A stretch of DNA of 64,000 nucleotides from Octopus sinensis (lineage: Eukaryota), in the NCBI RefSeq assembly GCF_006345805.1, contig NC_043003.1:103354001-103418000 (forward strand), in the 5' to 3' direction. Made by a program: the position numbers and the translations under genes. How positions within the stretch are numbered: the first letter of the stretch is position 1; the number at the start of each line of letters is the position of its first letter. The notes under the pieces are model-generated. The model searched no databases and was not told the DNA's origin. It saw only the letters and a list, made by a program, of their open reading frames with translations. This document shows, one piece after another, positions 12,122 through 24,129 of this stretch.

Positions 12122-12207
<86 letters not shown>

Positions 12208-13005
12208 GGGATGGATGTGTGTGTTAGTGCGTGTATTTCTGCATCCTGTGTCGTTAAATACTCCCCCACATGTCTCTATATAATGCACCAGATATTCCAC
12301 AATACAACATTTTATTTCTCTATGAGCTATTCTGTCATTTCTCGAGGAGTCACTTAGGGCATCTATCTGAACTGGCTTCTTTTTGAATGCCTCGTGTAAA
12401 CTGATTGCACAAACCTTGTTCTCTAACTCCACTCATACCGGTTCTGCCAACTGAGAGGTCAGAATGTTCGCCATCTTGAAACGTCCGCACCCCTTACTTC
12501 CTTCATTAAGTTGTACCCTTCCTCGAAACATTGATTCTCAAGCATTTCTAATCCCTCTCTTACCTCCAAACCTTTGGCCACATGGAAACGTATGTTTGTT
12601 GCCAAATCAAAGCTTTCTACATTACATAAACCATGTTCCTCAAACCTTCTGGTTTTTAGTTCAGCTAATTAGATGGAACTTCACCAATTCTAAGCAGTAA
12701 AATGGGCATCAGTTCAGTCCTTATTTAAAACTGGCAGACCAGTAAAGGAAACCCTCGTACATGATATGTTCTTCAACATGTTCTTCATGCAACCGAAGTT
12801 TAAAAACTTAAACGTCCAGTGTTTCACACGTAGCTGCACTACAAGTTGCAGGTTAAGGATGAAATCCCCACCAACATTAATTGAAAAGGATGCAACATGT
12901 CTATCAGGAAATCAAGACATGAGTCTCTGATGCATACACAGACTATGAGCAGTGAATCTTAGTACAAAATGAAAGTGTTAAACATACATACAAATGCACA
13001 CATTT

Positions 13006-13052
<47 letters not shown>

Positions 13053-14024
13053 TGATGTATTTGGTGTGTTTCTTTGCAGTGCCGTGTGTATACACCGCCA
13101 GTGTATTTGCTGTGTCTGTACACGATTTACTATTCACCGTGTGATTTTGCTGAAAGCATCAGTTTTGTGTGAATTTAGTTTTCTTTATTTTTCATCGAGC
13201 TGTATCCCTAATATGTCAAAGAAAGTCGTATACCTCTAAATAACACAGGATTTAAATTGGGTGTTCTGTCTGATTTTTTCTTGCAATTTATGCTCTATCT
13301 TCACCTCTTTATTTTCTCAAGAATGCAATGAACTGGGTTACATAGTCATCTGAAAGTTGACGTTAGGAATTAGTGACATTGGCATAAGAACTCAGAGGTA
13401 TGATGGTGGTGGACAAGTCCACCACCATCAATTCACCGTGAAGGAAGCTCACCGCGAGGAAAGTTTACCAAGAAAATATATCCATAGTATCTCACCATTA
13501 ATAGTTAAAAACTATTTTATTGAAAAAAAAAACAAGTGAATTGATGACGGTGAAACTTTACCTGCAGTGAATTGGTGACAATGAACTTACCAGACGTAGG
13601 TTTAGTGAGATGACGGCTAGAGAAAACCTGTGCGGAACAATTGAGGCAGAACTCGTATAACTTCATGGGTTATTTTCTACACCCACTACGGGTGCCATGG
13701 ATATTATCCGTTGATATCATGAAATTGCAAATATGGACGACACTACTAGTAATGGTACTAAATGCTTTGTATCATGGGGTTGGTCGATTAAAGCAATGAG
13801 CTGGCAGGAAGATGACATGTACAAGCGCCTTGGACAGTATGCTCATCAACATTTCTTTCGGCTTTTTTACGTTCTAAGTTCAAATCCCAACGAGATCAAC
13901 TATGCCTTGCATCTTTTGGGTGTCGATAAAACCAGCACCGTTGAGCACTGGAGATCGATATAATTGAGTAGCACTCTTTTCCCGAAAACTACTAATCTTG
14001 TGCCGAAGTTTGAAACCATTAAGG

Positions 14025-14580
14025 GGGCGAGCTGGCAAAATCATTAGTGCGTCGGACAAAATGCTTATCATCATATATTCTGACTCTTTACGTTCTGAGT
14101 AAAAATTCCGCCGAGGTTAGTTTTGCTTTCATCCTTTCGGGGTCGATAAAATATATGTAAGTTGAGCATTACGGTCGACTGTCCCTTTCTCCCATAATTT
14201 CAGGTCTTGTGCCAACATTTGACAGAACTATTACTACTATTAAGGCAGCAAGAGGTAGGAATGTTAGTACTTCGAACAAAATGCTCAGCAGAGTTTCTTC
14301 CCGCATTTTACGCCCTTACTTCAAGACCCACCAAAGTCAGGTTTGCCTTTCATTCTGTTGAAGTTGATAAAATAAAATACCAATCAAGTACTGGAGTCGA
14401 TATAGTCGAGTAACCCAATCTCTTAAATTTGCTCGCCTTGTGCAATTGATTACAAACCGTCAAAGCGTCCGACAAAATGTCTTACGTTATTTGTTCCGGC
14501 TCTTTGTGTTCTATGTTCAAATCCCGCCGAGTTCAATTGTGCCTTTCACACTTCCAAGGTCCCAATCAAAATACATGAAA
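14025..14580 (+). mobile_element. Cluster of diverged SINE family B fragments
   Basis: Repeated GGCGAGCTGGCA...TTCAAATCCCGCCGAGG..TTTGCCTTTCATCCTTTCGGGGTCGATAAA blocks. Confidence 0.7.
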
Positions 14581-15010
14581 TCTACTGTTCCATGTTCTTG
14601 AAATTTCTAACCGACAATTATCTGGGACCGGTGGAAAAAGAACTAGTTAAGATCTAGGGATCAGTTTAATTTATTACAACCACTACACCTCCTCTTTCTT
14701 TCTCTCTCTTTCTTTCTCCCTGTCTTTAAATTTGTGGCTGTGTACTTACGTTAAAAATCGCTATTTAAAGATGCTTTACCTTCTAAGCTTTTAATATAAA
14801 ATTTCTATACAGGACATAAGCAGGTTTTGATTTCAAAATTAATCCATATTTTAAGTATGCATGTGTATATGATACTACAAAGATATTGAGATCTCTCATA
14901 ACACAGTTTATCGCTAAATTAATTTCTGCTCCTCTCCACAATTCGCTTCTCTTATTTCCAATTTTTCTGTTTTTTCTTTTTTTTTCTTTTTTTTCATTTT
15001 GCTTTCACAG

Positions 15011-15076
15011 ATGGCACTGAAAGCGGCTCACCATTATACTTCGGCGAGTAGTGTACTCCTACCGCTGATAACCTGG
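15011..15076 (+). CDS. Internal small exon B, 66 nt, phase 0-0: MALKAAHHYTSASSVLLPLITW
   Basis: Long polypyrimidine tract ending tttgctttcacag|, donor TGG|gtaact; only frame 0 is open. Confidence 0.55.
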
Positions 15077-15332
15077 GTAACTACACAGTTGTTCCTTTGC
15101 ACCATGTTTGCACGTCCTCAGTCGTTTCTGAAAAGTTCTCTGTTAATTCTTGGCACCTGTCATCTCAATCATTTACACACTTTCAAATAGCTTCTCTCTC
15201 TTACATACATACATATATACACTCTCGCTTTCAGCCACTCTCTCTCATTTTCTCTCTCTTTATCTCTCTCCTTCTCTCTCTCTCTCATTATACACACACA
15301 CACATATACATATATTAGTTTTTACCTTTCTC

Positions 15333-15365
<33 letters not shown>

Positions 15366-15479
15366 CTTGTAACATTTCTCTCTTCCTCTCTTATTTTCTT
15401 TGTATCTCTCGTTCACTCTCCCTCTCTCTCCTCTCTCTCTCTCTTTCTCTCTTTCTTTCGCTCTCTTGCCCCTCTCTCG

Positions 15480-15520
<41 letters not shown>

Positions 15521-16539
15521 AACCTATCTCTCTTCATTGCCATTCATCTTTCACCGGTACTGTACAGAAGAAAGACCTTCAAAAAGGTCTGCGACCAGTT
15601 TCTATTTCAGCGTGCAGTTACTTTACTTCACAGATCTCATCGGTTCCTCAATGGAGAGCAATACCACAACGACCATCCATTTGTCTCCCTGGACCCAAAT
15701 TAGGATCTGTATGGAGCAGTTTGAACTTGCAAATGATAGCAACATATTCGTAAATGTGGATAACTGAGTAATCAGGATAGTGAAAAACCATCCCTGAAGT
15801 CGGCCGTTGATAGCCAGTCACTCAGCTCTCTATTGTAAGCGTAGCCAAGACAATAAACGCTCAATCACTTCAAGACAATTAAGAGAAGAAATAACTTCAT
15901 CTTGCAGTCGTTGGCAGTAGCTGCGCATTAAATGTGATAAGTGGTTCGTTAACTTAAGGGATTAAGCTTAATTTCTTTGTGCTCAGCATCTGGACTATTA
16001 CAGTGTATAACAATTTTTTTCTTGTCTTTGATCACTGTTATTTCCTATTAGTTTCTATCTAGAGATCAAAGAAAATGACTTATTTCCTTCAAAATGCTTT
16101 TGACATCAATGTTTTGAAACTGATCTATTTTCCATTGCATTTCAGACAGATTCAGCGCTGAGTTGCCGATGCAGAAATATCGTTATAGCAAATATTCTGC
16201 TCAACATCACAGATTTGCTTGTCAGTTGTTTGACCTTTACCACTTGAGCATGTCCCTTAGTGGCTGACAATGTGTACATCTCTGATGATGAGCGAGGATA
16301 GTCAGCGAGCATCATAGTTATGCGTTGAGAGGGATTCTTTGGGGTTTCAATAAATGTAACAAAAGCAAAGTTTGAAGGAAATATTAGTTATTTTTCATTC
16401 TTCCTAGGGGTAAACAAATAGGAAATAACAGTTCCTACCCAAAGACAAAAGTCATGTTTATGTTATTCTGTATAAATTCTATACCATATATTCTTTCTAT
16501 ATATATGTGTGTGTATGTATGTATATACCTGTATTTTTA

Positions 16540-16753
16540 CGACGGGGTGCTGAAAGTTCCCACCTTTGGGTAAAAGAAAATACAAGAAGATCAATTAATT
16601 GTGATTTTATTTATCATATTCCTCTCTCAGATTCACACCCTTATTGCAGCGGTCCTTCAGTTTTTTAAGCCCTGTGAAAGAAATTGGAAGGTTGGACCTC
16701 CAACCAGGTCTTTCGTAATATCCTTAAAGCCAGGAACTTATCAGCACCCCCTC
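16540..16753. mobile_element. mariner-derived MITE
   Basis: Imperfect TIRs CGAcGGGGTGCTGAAAGTTCC / GGAACTTATCAGCACCCCTCG, TA on both sides. Confidence 0.8.
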
Positions 16754-16754
16754 G

Positions 16755-16806
<52 letters not shown>

Positions 16807-17481
16807 TGATATCTACATAATTCTTTCTACTTATATTCGCTACTTCTGTTGCACTAATATTTATAACATTTTTGATGTTCTTTATGCACAAATGCCTATC
16901 TTTCAGTTAATGTTTGCTTGATATCTTCATACATATGTTTGTAAATATTTATACTTATAAATATTCATATATCTAAGCTGTTTCATATTTGCATGATATC
17001 ACCATATAATATTCACCTAAATTCATTTATAAACGTATCTTTATATTTTCGTTATAGTTTCATTGATACCATTTTATTTATATACTTATTTTAGCGTGGA
17101 ATATAATATACATGATACACACACACACTCACTCACACACACATACACACACATATAAATACACACACACACACGAAAACACACATATAATATATATAAA
17201 TAAACATACATACACACACATATATACATACATACATTATAATGGTAGATATAAGGAAGGCCGTTTGTACTTCGATACTTTTGCATTCATCTTTATTGTG
17301 TTATATTTTCAATGATAAACTCAAACCTAAATGTTCGTATTATCATATCTTTTCTTTCATCTCCTCAACACTTACCGTTACCTGCTACCAGTTTGGTAAT
17401 ATTTGCATGAATATCTTATTTTCTATGATAAAACACACATCGTGCAGCCTTTAAGTATGCTATATTTTTCTTTCTCTACAG

Positions 17482-17526
17482 ACTCAAGTTGTAAAAGACA
17501 GGGGCAGACAACTGTTACATTATAGT
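17482..17526 (+). CDS. Internal microexon C, 45 nt, phase 0-0: TQVVKDRGRQLLHYS
   Basis: Acceptor tatttttctttctctacag|, donor AGT|gtaagt; open in frame 0. Confidence 0.65.
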
Positions 17527-18349
17527 GTAAGTATAACGTTTGCAGTATCGTCTGCACTTTTCATTGAAACACAACGCAAACAGAACGTGAAACAAACTTA
17601 TTGTTAATGCTTACTTTTTGTCCAAATTTTGAGAAAGTAACCAAGTGACAGGAGAGTGGAATATATTCCTGCTTTTTAGGAAATTAATCGCATTTTGTTA
17701 ATAGAAAATATCACTTTTAATAAAAGAAAAATGCAACTGTTGCGCTTTACATTGTTGATGTCTGCCTCATCTTTATTGTCGCCATCTTCGTCGTCATTGT
17801 TGTCATCATCGTTGTTGTCATCGTCGTCGTCGTCGTTATTGTTTTTGTGCTGCTTCAGATGAGCTATGATTGAATAAAACAGTATAATTTGATCAAAAAT
17901 ATAGGTGTATTTCTTGGTTCAATTCATTACCATCAAGTGTTCCAGATATCTTATGGATTCGCTTCGTTAATAGACCTACCATATCACGTACACTGACATG
18001 TCGCCTGCTAGCAATTTTTTTCTATCTTACAAGGATAAATGCCCCTATCTTCCTCTGCTGTTCATACAGCTTTACTGCATTCGAAACTCACTTTCCTATC
18101 TACAAATTGTTTTTGCTGTTTTGTTTTGTTGCTACAAACATTGTTGCGGTAGTGGTGACGGCGGCGGTGACGGCGGCGGTGACGGTAGCGGCGGTAGTGG
18201 TGGTGCTCTTGTTGTTTAGCTTCAGATCAGCCTTGTTCAAGATAACCTACATTGAAAAGCATTCTAGTTACAAGCATCCGGAGTTTTCTATTGTATTTCG
18301 CGCTTCTTAGATAAAACACCCCATTTGTCCATTGTGTCGTACCTTATTT

Positions 18350-18765
18350 AAAGACGACAGGGTAGGATATAGTCGCTGATATTGTTACTGCAGCTGCTGC
18401 TGCTGCTGCTGTTGCTGTTGCTGTTGCTGTTGAGCGTAGCGGTCTTCGTCCAGTGGGAGAAGTCCGAAACGTGGTCCTTTGCTATTCGTAAGACCCGCAG
18501 AAGTGAAAGCAGGTCAACCCCCGACACCGAGAGCATCGACGGATGGATGAATGGGCATCCAGGCTCAGCGGTTGCGTAGGAAGTCGGGGACAAGAAACAG
18601 GAAGAAAGAGTGAGAGAAAGTTGGAGCGAAAGAGCACAACATGGTTCGCCACCACCTCCTGCCGGAGCCTCGTGGAGCTTTAGGTGCTTTCGCTCAATAA
18701 ACACACACAACGCCCGGTCTGGGAATCGAAACCACGAGTCCGCTGCCCTAACCACATTGCGCCTC
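18350..18765 (-). mobile_element. SINE family C with a (CAG/CAA)n tail
   Basis: Shares its head and body with 686-972. Confidence 0.7.
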
Positions 18766-19344
18766 CTGTTACTGCTGCTGCTGTTGTTGCTGTTGTTGTT
18801 GTTGTTGTTGTTACCCTGGTCAGCCCTGATCGAGTAGTGCTGCAATCAAGTATATTCTAAACGTTCTAACCATAGTTAACTTTTTCATTCTCCTGCCCTA
18901 AAATAAGCAAAAACCACATCACTGTGTTTTCCTAAGATGTTAAGGTTTGTCTCAAGGGGAATTTCGCAGCTAATTCAAGCAGAGCAACTGACCCCAAAGC
19001 GGCTACCCCATTCAGATCGATGATTCTGTAAATATTATTTATGCACTGTTTGTAGAATTAGTGGCAGCGGTTGTGAGGGCTGTTGTTAGTCTATTTAGTG
19101 ACAATGGTTATGAGGGCCGTTGTTCGTGCATTTAATGGCAGTGGTCGCGGTGTCTGTTGTTTGCATATTTGTACCAGCGGTTGTGAGGGCTGTTGTTAAT
19201 ATATTTAGGGGCAAAAGTTGAGGGATGTTGTGTGTATAATTTAGTGGCAATGGGTTGTGAGGGGTGTTGTTTGCATATTTATTTACGGTCGTTGTGAAGG
19301 TTATTGTTTGTACAGATAATTACGGTGGCTAAGAGGTCAACTGT

Positions 19345-19690
19345 TTGTTACAGTAACAAGGACTTCAAATTTGCCATCAAGATGTAGGACAAGATACTGT
19401 GATAGCCTGAGCTTCCGATGCCCACAGCTCTTCAATATCCTCCCGAAGAACCTAAGAGACCTGCATGGGGTGGATGCAGATGTCTTTAAAATAAAACTGG
19501 ATCTCTTCTTGTCAGGTGTCCCAGATGAACCAACTTCACGGAAGGAGGGGCAGATGAGGGCAGCTGCATCGAACTCTCTCATGCACCAAATGGCAATTGC
19601 TAAAAAGCATTCGTGAAGTAAAATCATGTAGCAACACCAAATGGCGGTGCCCCAGCATGGCCACAGCTTGTGAGCTGAAACTAGATAAAC
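19345..19690 (+). mobile_element. CR1-group LINE 3' end with 3' UTR
   Basis: Translates RTRYCDSLSFRCPQLFNILPKNLRDLHGVDADVFKIKLDLFLSGVPDEPT...RAAASNSL; the UTR ends GGCGGTGCCCCAGCATGGCCACAGC...CTGAAACTAGATAAA. Confidence 0.8.
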
Positions 19691-19911
19691 ATTTTTAAAA
19701 AATAACAAACTGTGTCCCAAGCGTATCCGGGTGTTCTATTTAATCTGAACATTTTGATAAAAGGGGTGAGACAATGTTATTGTAAATGTTAATGATGTCG
19801 TTACTGCTTTCGTTGTTCTTGTCGTGATTAACTGCCATTGTAAATATTCATGTTGTTATTGTCAGTGAAGCTATTTCAAGAGATTTCTTTACATATTTCG
19901 TTTCTTTATAG

Positions 19912-19977
19912 GGGAATTTCGAAGGAAGCTCCAAGAAACAAAAAGGAAACGACTCGCAGACAATACCGGAGATACAA
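19912..19977 (+). CDS. Internal small exon D, 66 nt, phase 0-0: GNFEGSSKKQKGNDSQTIPEIQ
   Basis: Acceptor catatttcgtttctttatag|, donor CAA|gtaaac; open in frame 0 and purine-rich. Confidence 0.6.
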
Positions 19978-20082
19978 GTAAACAAAATTTTATCATTTCT
20001 TTGAAACAGAATTGGTATTTTCTTTGGACTATGTTGTTATTGTTGTAATATATATATAGGCACAGGCGTGGCAATGTGATAA

Positions 20083-20312
20083 GGCGGCGAGCTGGCAGAA
20101 ACGTTAGCACGCCGGGCGAAATGCTTAGCGGTATTTCGTCTGCCGTTAAGTTCTGAGTTCAAATTCCGCCGAGGTCGACTTTGCCTTTCATCTTTCGGGG
20201 TCGATAAATTAAGTACCAGTTACGCACTGGGGTCGATTACATCGACTTAATCCCTTTGTCTGTCCTTGTTTGTCCCCTCTATGTTTAGCCCCTTGTGAGC
20301 AATAAGAAATAA
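20083..20312 (+). mobile_element. SINE family B, full length
   Basis: GGCGGCGAGCTGGCAGAAACGTTAGCACGCCGGGCGAAATGC head, GCCTTTCATC..TTTCGGGGTCGATAAATTAAGTACCAG central domain and AAGAAATAAG tail; matching copies at 26395-26625, 48935-49170 and 52310-52545. Confidence 0.85.
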
Positions 20313-20954
20313 GAAGCTTGCTTACCAACCACATGGTTCCGGATTCAGTCCCACTGCGTGGCACCTTGGGAAAGTGTCTTCTACTATGGCCTCAAGCCGA
20401 CCAAAGCCTTGTGAGTAGATTTGGTAGACGGAAACTGAAAGAAGCCTTCCAAAGTTGGTTAGTACTGATCAAACAGGATTCATATCTAATAGATACATTG
20501 GGGACAACGTAAGATTGATATATGACCTGATGAGCTACACAGAATTAAATGACATATATACATACAGATCATACAATGAAAGCAGGCGAGAGGGATTTTA
20601 TTAAAACAAAAATGGAGGCTGTATTATGAGTCTGTAAACGCGTGGTAGTCCTCTAGTATTATTTCTTGTAGAACTGTATTAAGATTTTATGAGTGACTGA
20701 CGAGTGAATGTTTAGTAGTGGGTAGGCTATTTTATTTTATTCTTTTTCTTTATTTTATGCCTTCTTTTCTTTCTCTTCCCTTTCTTTAGTTTTTATTATT
20801 TTTTTTTGCCTTCTCTTTTTCTTTCTTTAAAAAAAGGGTGACTTGTTCTCCATTTCTTTCATACAAGACTTCACGGTCACGTGGCCGTTGTGTTTTAAAT
20901 TATAACAGGCAAAACTGGAAATAAAAAAAAAGTTAATTATAATATATATATTGT

Positions 20955-21344
20955 GTGGTAGGTAGCTTGTTTACCAACCACATGGCTCCGGGTTCAGTCC
21001 CACTGCGTGGCATCTTGGCAAGTGTCTTCTACTATAGCCTCGGGCCGACCAATGCCTTGTGAGTGGATTTGGTAGACGGAAACTGAAAGAAGCCGGTCGT
21101 ATGTGTATATATATATATATATACATGTGTGTGTGTTTGTGTGTCTGTGTTTGTCCTCCCAACATCGCTTGACAACCGATGCTGGTGTGTTTACGTCCCC
21201 GTCACCTAGCGGTTCGGCAAAAGAGACCAATAGAATAAGTACTGGGCTTACAAAGATTAAGTCCCGGGGTCGATTTGCTCGACTAAAGGCTGTGCTCCAG
21301 CATGGCCGCAGTCAAATGACTGAAACAAGTAAAAGAGTAAAGAG

Positions 21345-21345
<1 letters not shown>
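20955..21345 (+). mobile_element. SINE family A
   Basis: Full head, body and tail as at 41847-42215. Confidence 0.85.
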
Positions 21346-21404
<59 letters not shown>

Positions 21405-21463
21405 TATATATGAAAAAACAAGTCAAAATAGAAAATGCTAAAATAATTTTATAAAGAACATTT

Positions 21464-21501
21464 CAGTACCGGTTTCGGTCATTTTGAGACCTTTTCAACT
21501 G
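21464..21501 (-). ncRNA. Minimal type I HHR, U3-A8 variant (left arm)
   Basis: CAG TTGAAAA GGTC-TCAAAAT-GACC GAA ACCGGT A CTG. Confidence 0.6.
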
Positions 21502-21721
21502 TAACGATTAAATAATTAAATTTAGAAAAATTAAAAGAAAAGTTTTTTTAAAGGAATATTTGTATAGTGTTCAAATATAAGTGGCATTCTGCCTTTCTCT
21601 GTCTCCCTTGTTTGCACTTGTGTGTTCGAGGCCGCAGAATGTCACTTATATTTGACTATACAAATATTCCTTTAAAAAAAATTTTCTTTTAATTTTTCTA
21701 AATTTAATTATTTAATCGTTA

Positions 21722-21758
21722 CAGTTGAAAAGGTCTCAAATGACCGAAACCGGTACTG
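21722..21758 (+). ncRNA. Minimal type I HHR, U3-A8 variant (right arm)
   Basis: CAG TTGAAAA GGTC-TCAAAT-GACC GAA ACCGGT A CTG: 3-bp stem I, 4-bp stem II, palindromic stem III and GUA triplet. Confidence 0.6.
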
Positions 21759-21840
21759 AAATGTTCTTTATAAAATTATTTTAGCATTTTCTATTTTGAC
21801 TTGTTTTTTCATATATATCAACTCGTGTGTTCCTTTTCAC

Positions 21841-21938
<98 letters not shown>

Positions 21939-22325
21939 CTGCTTAGAACAGTCTGTCTTTATTTGTTTTTAAGAACATAAGGTGGGAAAATTTAGCAGCT
22001 ATTTCCAGCATGTGGAGCTGGTGGTGGTGGAGGTGGTGGTCGTCGTCGTCGTTGTAATGGCGGCGGTGGTGATGGTGACGCTGGTGGTGTCACTGCAGTG
22101 GTTACGTTGACAGTTTATCGGGTGAGTAGCCGACATTCTTCTCATAGAAGGTAGAGCGAGTAACAACAGGCATTATACCATACACACACGTACACACACG
22201 AAACGTCACACATGAACACCCACATATATATATATATATACGTGTATGCATGTATGTACGTATGTATGTATGTATGTATTTGTACGTATATACATATGTA
22301 TATATGTATGTATATATATATGTAT

Positions 22326-22370
<45 letters not shown>

Positions 22371-22387
22371 CCACACGCACACGAATC

Positions 22388-22422
<35 letters not shown>

Positions 22423-23224
22423 GTATTTGATATATGCACGTGTGTGCGTGTGTCCGAGCACGCGCGCGCGCTCGTGTAGGAAGGGCGTGGTGGATGAGTG
22501 TATCTGCGAAGATATATATTGTTCATACATAACGTATACACATCTACACATCTACATATTTACATATTTACATATATTGTTCATACAGCCGAACAGAGAA
22601 AAAATATATTATCCACGCTTAGTGAAAGGCTTCAAACCAGCACCAGGTTGCGTTGAGCAGCCTTAGCTGTTGGAGTTTAGCTAAGGTAATACTACCCTTC
22701 TGTAATCAGGTACGTTAATAGGGTGTTACCGCTGGCTGTTTCCTTTCCTATTTAAAGGCATGGAATCCCAAAAGCAAGATATTCTTTACACGCTAATTCT
22801 TGAAACTTTCAGCATTCGGTTTCTTCCTGAAATATATACGGGAGATATTTTCTGCAAAGAATCTCAAAAATTTCACAAGAAATAATTTCAGGGGCGTGCT
22901 GTATAAAGTTTTCACTTTATAGTTTTCTGCAGAAGATGCGCCTGTGTACACCATATGCAAAATACGCGCACACGTGTGTATATACCTGCATATATGTGTG
23001 TGCATATGTCTGCGCGTGTATATATATATGTGTGTGTGTGTATTTACATCTATATTCATATATATAAATACACAATACATACATGTATATATAGTATGTG
23101 TGTGTGCGTGTATTTTGTATATATATAGTATTGTTTTATTGTGTGTATATATATAGTGTGTGTGCGTGTATTGTGTATATATATTAAATACATTAGAAGG
23201 TTTGGAGATGATGTACAGGTATTA

Positions 23225-23460
23225 TACATTAGAAGAAATGAGGTACTCAAAAATCTGGATGGTTTTATATTTACAGATATTTATTTGTATATTACATGTT
23301 TTATAAATCATACATCATATATTAGCGCCTTCGTCCACTCTAGTGGGGTTTTCAAATTGAACTGTTCAATATGATTTATAAAAACATGTAACATACTAAT
23401 AAATATCTGTAAATATAAAAACCATCCAGATTTCTGAGTACCTCATTTCTTCTAATATAG
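23225..23460. repeat. Foldback with arms of about 90 bp and a spacer of about 60 bp
   Basis: ATTAGAAGAAATGAGGTACTCAAAAATCTGGATGG... pairs with ...CCATCCAGATTTCTGAGTACCTCATTTCTTCTAAT. Confidence 0.85.
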
Positions 23461-24129
23461 TAAATATATATATGTGTGTGTATGTGTATATATATACATA
23501 TATATATAGTGTGTATATTAGCATGTGTTGTGTGTGTGTGTGTGTGTGTGTGTGGAATATCTCATAATATCTATTCGCCTCTTTGTACTCTAGGTTCAGA
23601 TACTGTAGAAGCTAGCTTTATTTCCGTTCTTTGGAATCATTACAAAATAAAACTCCAAAAAACAAAGTTCGTATATAAGGAATCGATAACAACAAATTAC
23701 AAATATTTGCTAGATCTGCTTTCAAGCTCAGTTTCTGAAAAGTACGCATAAGTAATCGCGATTTCGTTTGACTATACTCCTGGAAAGCGAAAAATGGACG
23801 GCCACAAGATTTTTGTGTTTGCGGCTGGAAATTTCAACGTTTCTGGCCAGCCGTAAATGCAAAACTATGTGGCTGCCTGCTTTTGTGTCTCCCAATCGAA
23901 AGCGCGTCCCCTGAAGTGTATTGTCTGGTTTTAAGAGTTAAGGTGAAGGCATCAATATCATTGAAAATCAAATAAATCATCGTCGTCGTCGTCTACTAAA
24001 AAAATAAAAACAGAAGAAAATGATAAGCCCTTGCGACAAGTACGAAACTAACAATGACACCATTAGCAAGCAGGTTACATTATTCCAGCCTTGAACAATG
24101 AAGATCTGTCTTTATCTTTGACAAGTCCC

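Larger units (their letters stand above)
11413..12122 (-). mobile_element. Two direct repeats (11413-11662, 11887-12122) around a 224-bp spacer, each carrying an HHR; retrozyme- or PLE pseudo-LTR-like
   Basis: Copies are identical except for a 14-nt indel in the stem II loop; offset is 474 nt; flanked by (TA)n. Confidence 0.7.
21411..21811. repeat. Near-perfect foldback (arms 21411-21592 and 21634-21811, spacer about 41 bp) in (TA)n, with one HHR per arm
   Basis: Arms are reverse complements with only a few differences. Confidence 0.9.

Noticed and set aside
11413-12122. CRISPR array or true LTR retrotransposon
   Set aside because: Only two long repeats, no short repeat-spacer series, no cas genes, and no TG...CA termini, PBS/PPT or gag-pol.
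12290-12910. GC-richer minus-strand stretch resembling a decayed LINE ORF1
   Set aside because: No diagnostic motif could be read, so it was left unassigned.
15634-15708. 75-nt open phase-0 candidate exon (similar case at 25607-25636)
   Set aside because: Weak donor, or an acceptor built from a microsatellite; chance occurrence is too likely.
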